Below the pieces are notes generated by a model, which did not search any database, had not been told where the DNA came from, and saw only the letters and a list, made by a program, of their open reading frames with translations. Below are positions 8,774-19,100 of a DNA stretch of 22,225 nucleotides, piece after piece. How positions within the stretch are numbered: the first letter of the stretch is position 1; every line of letters begins with the position of its first letter. The translations under genes and the position numbers were made by a program. Source of the DNA: Paraspadella gotoi (lineage: Eukaryota; Animalia; Chaetognatha). The stretch spans positions 1 through 22,225 of the forward strand of contig JBJCIZ010000484.1 in NCBI GenBank assembly GCA_051294375.1, read 5' to 3'.

Positions 8774-9053
8774 GATGATGATGATGATGATAAGATATTA
8801 CTAAAAACGCCCGGGATGAGGAGAAACAGCCCTTAGGGCGATCCTATTTTGCGGGCCCTCCTAGGGGTCTTATCGCCAAATAAAACTTTGTGGGCGCCCC
8901 CGGCGGGGTCTTACCGCTTAACTTTATACTTAAAATCTATCGATTTGTAAAAGTATCAAAGTAATTTAATTTAAAAAAAATACTAGGGTATTTAAAAAAA
9001 ATTACTAGGGTATCCTAAGAGTGAGAGAGAGAGAGAGAGAGAAATAGAGAAAG

Positions 9054-9236
9054 TTTTCCCGCCAACGATACGCAATATTGGGGTCACTCTCGTTTATATT
9101 GGTTATCCGTTGCCTAGCAACGGCGACGTGATCTCGGTCAAGTTGATTTTTTTTATACACGTAACGTTTCCGTTGTCATCAAAACGCGTTATTAGGTCAT
9201 GTTCCTTGACATTGTTTACTCGTTGCCCTGCAACGG
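9054..9236. promoter_or_regulatory. CpG-rich patch with RFX X-box-like palindromes and E2F-, CCAAT- and forkhead-like motifs
   Basis: GTTGCCTAGCAAC (9109-9121, inside ccgttgc..gcaacgg), GTTGCCCTGCAAC (9222-9234), TTTTCCCGCC (9054-9063), ATTGG (9077, 9098) and TGTTTAC (9213-9219). No linked gene is seen. Confidence 0.3.
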
Positions 9237-9285
9237 CCACGAAATCCAGGTCAAGTAAGATATTCTTCACATTTTCTCAAAAAAT

Positions 9286-9480
9286 CCATGAAAATCTCAG
9301 ATGTAAATTTGGGATTTTGTATTGAGAAAAAAGCGCGGAATAAATGGTGATAATAAAAGTTTTTAGAAGGAAAAAAATAATCAGAATTTTTCAAAAAACG
9401 AACGATCACGCAAGAAATCGTACAGACAGAGAGAGTCACAGAGAGAGACAGACAGAGAGAGACAGACAGAGTCAAAGCTG
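9286..9480 (+). repeat. Direct repeat copy 2
   Basis: Partner of 8332-8530. The microsatellite here is a GA/GACA mosaic. Confidence 0.8.
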
Positions 9481-9894
9481 GACAGCTGCTTTATTAAAAT
9501 TAAGATATAGCTTCTCATTAAAAAAATCCTTTGAGTTCCCATTTTTATTAGAGATTAAAAATTTTTTTTTGAATTTCATCTTCAATATTATATACTGCAA
9601 TATGTAAATTAGATTAAAGCATTTCTATATACTAATTTGGATATTATAATGAGTACTATAATTTTATTTGCATATTGAAGTAAATCATAATGAAGTGGAA
9701 ATTCAAACAAAAAATACTTAAATCCAAATGTAATAAGAAAATATCAAAGCTATTTCAAGATGAGAAGCCATATCTAAATTTTTAACTTACTATGATCGCA
9801 CACTTTTGTAAAACTTTATCATAATTCATAATAATTTTTATTTAAAAAAAAACGGTATGTCACAGCCAAACCTATAAAAGCGTAGTAGTTTTTA

Positions 9895-10022
9895 TATAAA
9901 AACAGCGTGACGCCGACGACGACGACGCCGACGACGACGACGACGACGACTACGTCACAAAGAAGCAATCCTAAAACATTATAGAGCCAGGACCAGGCGA
10001 AGCCTGTCCTGGCTCGATAAAA
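9895..10022 (-). mobile_element. Helentron-associated (HINE/DINE-1-like) non-autonomous element end
   Basis: On the minus strand it reads T-run, strong hairpin (plus-strand gagccaggac(c)aggc-gaa-gcctgtcctggctc, 9984-10015), short spacer, then (GTC)n microsatellite (9909-9950). This is the typical HINE terminal layout. I did not find the other end. Confidence 0.45.
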
Positions 10023-10091
10023 AGAATGCCGCTAAATGGAGAAAACGCGCCCGGCTACAAATGAAGATTTTGCTTGAATTGCAGGTTTATC

Positions 10092-12155
10092 AACTCAGGG
10101 GTGAACTTAGGCAAATATTTTTTTCTTAAATAGGTAATAGACAATTTTTTTGTTTACCTAGTAGTTAACTGAATAAAAGTAGGTAATTTTTAATTGAGGA
10201 AAGAATCTTTAAAACTAAGATATAACTGATAAACTTATGATCTAATTTTCTAAGATTTAAAAGGGAAAGGTTATCTTTAATAATTTGAAGCCAGATGATA
10301 TTAAATTAAATATTATAAACTAATTTTATTCTATTGTTGTCTAACCTTGTGTTGTATAGATGCTCCCTCTATTTTCAGAAGACAACACTGACCTTCCCCT
10401 CCCAAAATAAGGTATTAGATATAATAAGCAAATAATATTTTTAAAAAGTAATATATATATAAATAAAAAATATAGTTTAAATAGTAAAACATTAATAAAA
10501 TATAAAAATATAAGATAGTGAAACAAGTAATTTTGCAAAATTTCATATAAAATTTAAAAAATTATAAAATAGGATATTTTTCGGTATTAATTTTTAAACA
10601 AAATCTTTATCAAATATAAAACTTTAATTTGCTCAACATTGAAATTCAATTAGTTTTAGCCCAAATATTTTTAATTAAAGATAAAAAAAATTTATATAAA
10701 AAAAATTAATAGCTAAAAATATGTTTGGTGTTTGGTATTTAGTGTTTGGTGACAGGGGTTGGAGTCTATTATATAGTTGTTTTTAATTAAGATAAACATT
10801 TTTCAGTATGTTCAGGAATGTCATTTTTTACTTTGAGTTAAAATTTCTGTAAATGATGAAAAAATAGAATGAAAATTTTTTTAGATTTTTTTTAATTGAA
10901 AATCATATCCATAGGATATTTACTTTCTATATCGAACTCGATTTTTTTAATATAATTAGCTAGGGAGGTATTGTGTAATCCATATCATATTCTGCAAAGA
11001 ATTCTAATGAGCTTTGACATTCTAAATAAGATACAAAATATTTTTGGGCGACTTGAGTCTTGTGTACATTTTTACAACATCTTTGATCGAGGTTTTAATC
11101 TTGTCAATCATATCAGGATACAACTGAGTATGTTACATTGCAAATCTCTTTAAATGTATGCATTCTTATTGTTATTACTATTTTTTTATTATCTGTTGAT
11201 TTTTTTATTTATCAATGAATTAATCTTCTTTAATAATTTTATTGGTTCTGGGTCTGGTAGTAGCCAAGTAATTTACATACTTAATGCTGATACTCATAAT
11301 TCATGCCATCTGGGAAAAGTATTTTTGGGATTAAAATATAGTAATAACAAATTGAAAATATAGTTGATAACGAAATTAAAACAATAGAAGAATATATATT
11401 AAGGCGGGCCAAAATTGAACACTTTTTATAACTTTTAATTCTCTCAAAAAAATTCTTTTTTCCTTCTATTACTAAATCGATTTCAATGTAACTTTTTGAA
11501 TTAGTTCATTGGGTTGTTGCAATGAAGCTTTTAAATTTATTATTAATAAATTAACTCAGATAGCTTTTATATGGGTTGATTATATGGTTGTACCAATTCA
11601 AATCAAATAAAAAAAATTAGTTTTAAGAACGGATTCCTATAGAGCTTGAAAATTAAAAGTTATAGAAAAGTTAGTACTTACAATTTTTAAAAATTTTGAC
11701 AAGAAAATGGTTAAAAACAGAAAAAACGTTAAAAAATCATCATCAATCATCATCATCCATCATTGGCTAAATTTTATAGTTTTTAAAATTTTTATCATAA
11801 ATAACAAAAAATTTTTAAAATTTGTATAATAACCTTTATCTAACTTTTAAAGCTCTATCAGAATCCATTAAAAAATTGAAAAATTCAAAAAAATTTTTTA
11901 ACTTTATATAGTAATAAATAATCTTTTAATGCTTACGTGCGCGCTTATTAATAAGATAATTTTTAAAAGTTATTTTATTTTAATCCATTCTCTAACAGTC
12001 ACTTTATCATTATTTATTGAGAGAATTACTAGTTTCAAACCTGTTCCGGCAAAATATTTAGATTCACGAAATTGCCTATTTCTTTACCAGGCAATTTAGT
12101 AAACACTTTGCTAGTTAATTCAGGCAAAATATTACCTAAGTTTCACCCCTAAGTT
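10092..12155. mobile_element. ~2.06-kb non-autonomous DNA transposon with ~30-bp terminal inverted repeats (hAT-like CAGGGGT end)
   Basis: The left end aactcaggggtgaacttaggcaaatatttt (10092-10121) matches the reverse complement of the right end, aacttaggggtgaaacttaggtaatatttt (12126-12155). Subterminal aggYaa/ttRcct motifs repeat at both ends. There is no 8-bp TSD and no transposase ORF. Confidence 0.65.
11399..11951. mobile_element. Possible nested MITE-like palindromic element
   Basis: Internal inverted matches: ggattcctatagagcttgaaa (11631-11651) with ttttaaagctctatcagaatcc (~11845-11866), and actttttataacttttaatt (11421-11440) with aattaaaagttatagaaaagt (11651-11671). A (CAT)n tract lies near the centre. 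Termini are uncertain. Confidence 0.35.
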
Positions 12156-13118
12156 AAAAAAACAGAAAACAATTTTTTCAAAATGTTAAAAAAAAAATGC
12201 GTTAAAAACACCGAGACAAACGACTTTTTCCAATATAAAAAAGAGATAAAATTTAGAAACAAAGAGAAAAACTGGGCTTTTTTCCAATGTAAATGGAGAT
12301 AAAAAACGTAGAAAACCACCGGCAACGATATTTTTCAATGTAAAAGAATAAAAACGTTAAAGACATTTGGCTAAAACTCTTTTTTCAATATAAAACGAGA
12401 TAAAAAAGTTAAAAACATCGAACAAGCAACGAATTTATCCAATGTAAAAAGAGATAAAAACACGAATAAACGATTTTCCAATGTAAAAAGAGATAAACGT
12501 TAAATACACGGCAGACGAATTTTTTTATGTAAAAAGATAACCACGTTAAAAACACCACAGACGACTTTTCCGCAAAAGAAAAAAACTTTAAAAACAAAGA
12601 AAAAACGCTTTTCAGCCGGTAAACTAGAATATCGTACGATATCAAGAGAAACGTAACAAGCATTCTTCAATTAAAAGAATTAAAAACGTAACGTTCAGTA
12701 AAGATCAAAACGTGAAATACATCCGGCAGACGACTTATAGAATGATAAACGTTAAACCACACCGATGGACTTCAAGAACTTAAAAAAAAAGTTTAAGTAA
12801 AAGTAAAAAACCGTTAAAATTAAAAAATTTTCATAAAAAAATAACCGTTGAAAATGTCAAAATTCTTCTTCTTACGAAAATTAAACGTTAATCCCGGAAG
12901 ACTTTTCTTTCTATAATATAAAAGGTAAACAAAAGATTTCTTCTTCCATAAAACTAAAAACGTTAAATAACCCAGATTCTAACCTACAAAGAGCAACGTA
13001 AAACAACAAATATGAACGTCTTTACCATTGTAAAAAGAAATAAAAACGTAGAGAAAACACCGCGAAAAACGATATTTTCAAAAAAAAAGAAATAAAAACG
13101 TTCAAAAATTTCTGCAAA

Positions 13119-16100
13119 CAAGATTAATCGAGGTTGTTAAATTGGGTGTGAGGACAGTTATCTAAATATATTTATTTTATTACGTTTCATCAAAACTAAC
13201 GCAAATTTCCTCTCTTTTATTTTATGTTTCCTTCTCTCTAGTTTCTCTTTTTAATTAATGATAGCTTTCTCTTCACTCTCAAGAGAAAAAAAACGTTAAA
13301 CACCCAGAAAACGACTTTTTCTTTGTTAAAAAGAAATAATATGCAGTTAAAAAACAGACAACCGACTTTCCAATATAAAAAACGAGATAAAAACTTTAAA
13401 ACACAGAAAAAACGCTTTTTCCATGAAAAAAGAGATTATAACGTAGAACACACACGGGCAAAACGAATATTTTCAATGTAAAAAGAAAAAAAATAAAACG
13501 TTAAAAACTTTGGGCAAACAACTTTTTTCAATATTAAAAAGAGATAAAAAGGTTTTAAAAACATCGGACAAACGACTTTTCCCAAGTAGAAAAAAGATAA
13601 AAACGTTAATACGATACCGGCAGACGGACATTTCCTATGTATAAAGAGAGATAAAAACGGTTAAACATCTAGCAAACTTCTTTTCCAAATAAAAACAGAG
13701 ATAAAACTTAAAAAAAACCGGCAAAACTCGATTTTTCCAATGTAAAAAGAGATTAAAAAACACTGATAAACGCTTTTTCAATGTAAAAGAGATAAAAAAC
13801 GTTATAACATAAATACCGGCAGAACGACATTTCTTTGTTAAAAAAGAGATAAACGTTAAAAACAACCAGCAAACGAACTTTTCCAAAAGATAAAAAACTT
13901 TAAAAACAAAGAAAACCTTTTTCCAAGGAAAAGAGATAAAACAGTTAAAAAAACCCAAAAAGACTTTTTCCCCAATGTAAAGAATTAAAAACTCAATAAA
14001 ACTTTGACCAAACGTATTTTCCAATAAAAAAAAGAAATAAAAACGTTTGAAAAACTCGTAAACAACGATATTCCTATCAAGTAAAAAGACATAAAAACAA
14101 AACGTTAAAAATCTCAAAAACAGATTTCTATGGTTGTTTAAAGATGGTGAACAGTTGTAATAGTTTTACTTATCCAAACAACGAATTCTCTCTATTTTAT
14201 GCTTTTCACTCTTCTCTCCTTCTATTTAATTACTGTAGTTCCCTCAATAAGAAATTAGTAAAAACACCGGAAAAACGCTTTTCAATTGTAAAAAAAGATA
14301 TAAACGTGAAAAACACAAGAAACGACTTCTTTACATGTAAAAAGATATAAATTTCTTAAACAACAGAAAAACGCTTTTGCACATATAAAAAGAGATAAAA
14401 CTTAGAAAACCAGAAGAAAACGAGCTTTTTCAATGAATAAAAGAAGATAAAAACGTTAAAAAACTTCTGCCAAACAAGATCATTCGAGGTTGTTAAAATT
14501 AAGTGAGGACAGTTGATTATAATATGTTTTTTTTAAAGTTTTTATCAAAACAAACAAATTAATCCTCTCTTTTATTTTTATGTCTCTTTCTTCTCTCTTT
14601 TCTCTTGTAAGTATTATGCTAGCTTTCTCTCACTCTCAAGACGATAAAAACGTTAAAAAAACACCAGAAAAACGACTTTTTCATTTGTAAAAAGATATTG
14701 AAAACGTAAAAATAACCAGAAAACGATTTGTTTTCAAATGTAAAAAAGAAATAAATTGCGTTAAAAAACACCGACAAACGACTTTTCCAATAAAAAAAAA
14801 ATAAAAAATTTTAGAGAAACAAAAAAAAAACGCTATTCCAAATTACAGGAGATAAAAACGTAAGAAAACACCGGCAAACGATATTCAATGCTAAAAAAAA
14901 AAAAACGTTTAAAAACTTTCGGCCAAACAACTTTTTCAATTTATAAAAAGAGATAAAAGGTTAAAAAACCATCGACAAACGACTTTTCCAATGTAAAAAA
15001 GATTAAAAAACTGTTAAAATACACCGGCAGACGACATTCCTATGTAAAAAGAGATAAAAAAACGTTTAAAAAAAACACTAGCAAACTCTTTCCAATTGTA
15101 AAAAAAGAGGATTAAAAACTTTAAAATAACCGACAAACGATTTTTCCAATGTAAAAAGAGATAAATATACCGATAACACTTTTTCCAATGTCTAAAACAG
15201 ATAAACGAATAAATACACCGGCAGACGACCATTTCCTATGTATAAAGAGATAAAAACGTTAAAAAACACCAGCAAACGACTTTTCAAAAAAGATAAAAAC
15301 TTTTAAAAACAAAGAAAAAAACGGCTTTTTTCAATGTAAAAAGAGATAAAAACGTTAAAAACACCTAAAAAGCACTTTTCCAATGTAAAAAGAATTAAAA
15401 ACATTAAAAACTTTGACAAACGTATTTTCCAATAAAAAAAGAAATAAAACCGTTTAAAACACCGGAAAACGATATTTTCAAAGAAAAAAGAAAAAAAAAC
15501 GTTAAAAACTTCTGCAAACAAGATCATCGAGGTTGTTAAAATTGGGTGAGGACAGTTATTAAATATGTTTTTTTTATGTTTTATCCAAACCAACAAATTT
15601 CCTCTCTTTTATTTTTATGTCTCCTTCTCTCTCTCTCTTTTCTATTTTAATTATATGTAGCTTTCTCTCACACTCAAGATATATAAACGATAAAAACACC
15701 AGAAAACGACTTTTACTTTGTAAAAAGATATGAAAACGTTAAAAATAACAGAAAACGATTTTTTACAATGTAAAAAGATATAAATTCGTTAAAAACACCG
15801 ACAAACGACTTTTCCAATATAAAAAGAGATAAAAACTTTAGAAACAAAGAAAAACGCTTTTTCCAATGTAAAAAGAGATAAAAAAGTAGAAAACACCGGC
15901 AAAGGATATTTTCAATGTAAAAAGAAAAACTTTTTTAATATAAAAAGAGATAAAAACGTTAAATACACCGGCAGACGACATTTCCTATGTAAAAAGAGAT
16001 AATAACGTTAAAAACACTAGCAAAATTCTTTTCCAATATTAAAAGAGATAAAAACTTTAAAAAACCGGCAAACGATTTTTCCAATGTAAAAAGAGATAAA

Positions 16101-19100
16101 AAACACCGATAAACGCTTTTTCCAATGTAAAAAGAGTTAAAAACGTTAAATATACCGGCACACGACATTTCCAATGTAAAAAGAGATAAAAACGTTAAAA
16201 ACACCAGCAAACGACTTTTCCAAAAAGAAAAAAAACCTTAAAAACAAAGAAAAACGCTTTTTCCAATGTAAAAAAACATTAAAAACTTTGGCAAACGACT
16301 TTTCCAATAAAAAAAGAAATAAAACCGTTGAAAAACTCGTCAAACGATTATTCCTATGTAAAAAAAGCTAAAAACGTTAAAAACATCAAAAAACGACTTT
16401 TTTTTTGTAAAAAGAAATGAAAACGTTAAAAGCACCGAAAAACGAATTTTCCTTATCCTTTTCCTATGTAAAAAGAGCTAAAAACGGTAAAAACACCGGA
16501 AAACGACTTTTCCGATGTCAAAAGAGATAAAAATGTTAAAAACACCGAAAAACGTCTTTTCCATTGTAGAAAAAGATATGAAAACGTTAAAAATAACAGA
16601 AAACGATTTTTTCCAATGTAAAAAGAAATAAATGCGTTAAAAACACCGACAAACGACTTTTCCAATATAAAAAGAGATAAAAACTTTAGAAACAAATAAA
16701 AACGCTTTTTCCAATGTAAAAAGAGATAAAAACGGAGAAAACACCGGCAAACGATATTTTCAAAGTAAAAAGAAATAAAAACGTTAAAAACTCCTGCAAA
16801 CAACTTTTTCAATATAAAAAGAGATAAAAAGGTTANNNNNNNNNNNNNNNNNNNNNNNNNNNNNNNNNNNNNNNNNNNNNNNNNNNNNNNNNNNNNNNNN
16901 NNNNNNNNNNNNNNNNNNNNNNNNNNNNNNNNNNNNNNNNNNNNNNNNNNNNNNNNNNNNNNNNNNNNNNNNNNNNNNNNNNNNNNNNNNNNNNNNNNNN
17001 NNNNNNNNNNNNNNNNNNNNNNNNNNNNNNNNNNNNNNNNNNNNNNNNNNNNNNNNNNNNNNNNNNNNNNNNNNNNNNNNNNNNNNNNNNNNNNNNNNNN
17101 NNNNNNNNNNNNNNNNNNNNNNNNNNNNNNNNNNNNNNNNNNNNNNNNNNNNNNNNNNNNNNNNNNNNNNNNNNNNNNNNNNNNNNNNNNNNNNNNNNNN
17201 NNNNNNNNNNNNNNNNNNNNNNNNNNNNNNNNNNNNNNNNNNNNNNNNNNNNNNNNNNNNNNNNNNNNNNNNNNNNNNNNNNNNNNNNNNNNNNNNNNNN
17301 NNNNNNNNNNNNNNNNNNNNNNNNNNNNNNNNNNNNNNNNNNNNNNNNNNNNNNNNNNNNNNNNNNNNNNNNNNNNNNNNNNNNNNNNNNNNNNNNNNNN
17401 NNNNNNNNNNNNNNNNNNNNNNNNNNNNNNNNNNNNNNNNNNNNNNNNNNNNNNNNNNNNNNNNNNNNAGAGATGAAAACGTTAAAAACACCGAAAAACG
17501 AATTTTCCATTGTCAAAAAAGATAAAAACGTAAAAAACACTTGAAAACGATATTTTCAAAGAAAAAATAAATAAAAACGTTAAAAACTTTTGCAAACAAG
17601 ATCATCGAGGTTGTTAAAATTGGGTGATGACAGTTATTAAATATGTTTTTTTTACGTTTTATCAAAACAAATTTCCTCTCTTTTATTTTTATGTCTCCTT
17701 CTCTCTCTCTTATCTCTTTTAATTATATGTAGCTTTCTCTCTCTCTCAATAGATAAAAACGTTAAAAACACCAGAAAACGACTCTTCATTTGTAAAAAGA
17801 TATGAAAACGTTAAAAACACCAGAAAACGACTTTCCCTTTGTAAAAAGATATGAAAACGTTAAAAATAACTGAAAACGACTTTTTCCAATGTAAAAAGAA
17901 ATAAATGCGTTAAAAACACCGACAACAACTTTTCCAATATAAAAAGAGATAAAAACTTTAGAAACAAAGAAAAACGCTTTTTCCAATGTAAAAGGAGATA
18001 AAAACGTATTAAACACCGGCAAACGATTTTTTCAATGTAATAAGAAATAAAAACGTTAAAAACTTCGGCAAACAACTTTTTCAATATAAAAAGAGATAAA
18101 AAAGTTAAAAACATCGACAAACGACTTTTCCAATGTAAAAAGAGATAAAAACGTTAAATACACCGGCAGACGACCTTTCCTATGTAAAAAGAGATAAAAA
18201 CGTTAAAAACACTAGCAAACTTCTTTTCCAATGTAAAAAGAGATAAAAAACACCGATAAACGCTTTTTCCATTGTAAAAAGAATTAAAAACGTTAAAAAC
18301 TTTGGCAAACGACTTTTCCATTAAAAAAAAAATAAAACCGTTGAAAAACTGGTCAAACGACTTTTCCTATGTAAAAAAAGCTAAAAACGTTAAAAACATC
18401 AAAAAATGACTTTTCTTTTGTATTACAAAATTTGTAAAAAGAGATGAAAACGTTAAAAACACCGAAAAACGAATTTTCCTTTTTCTTTTCCTATGTAAAA
18501 AGAGCTAAAAACGTTAAAAACACCGGAAAACGTCTTTTCCATTATCAAAAAAGATAAAAACGTAAAAAACACCGGAAAACGATATTTTGAAAGAAAAAAT
18601 AAATAAAAACGTTAAAAACTTCTGCAAACAAGATCATCGAGGTTGTTTAAATTGGGTGATGACAGTTATTAAATATGTTTTTTTTACGTTTTATCAAAAC
18701 AAATTTCCTCTCTTTTATCTTTATGTCTCCTTCTCTCTCTCTTATCTCTTTTAATTATATGTAGCTTTCTCTCAGTCTCAATAGATAAAAACGTTAAAAA
18801 CACCAGAAAACGACTCTTCATTTGTAAAAAGATATGAAAACGTTAAAAACACCAGAAAACGACTTTCCCTTTGTAAAAAGATATGAAAACGTTAAAAATA
18901 ACAGAAAACGACTTTTTCCAATGTAAAAAGAAATAAAAGCGTTAAAAAGACCGACAAACGACTTTTCCAAAATAAAAAGAGATAAAAACTTTAAAAACAA
19001 AGAAAAACGCTTTTTCCAATGTAAAAGGAGATAAAAACGTAGAAAACACCGGCAAACGATATTTTCAATGTAAAAAGAAATAAAAACGTTAAAAACTCCG

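Noticed and set aside
10960-11340. Possible decayed transposase coding remnant inside the TIR element (minus strand)
   Set aside because: Stops occur in all frames and I recognise no DDE, BED or hAT dimerisation motif. It would need a translated search.
16784-17540. 235-aa ORFs
   Set aside because: Artefacts of the N gap.
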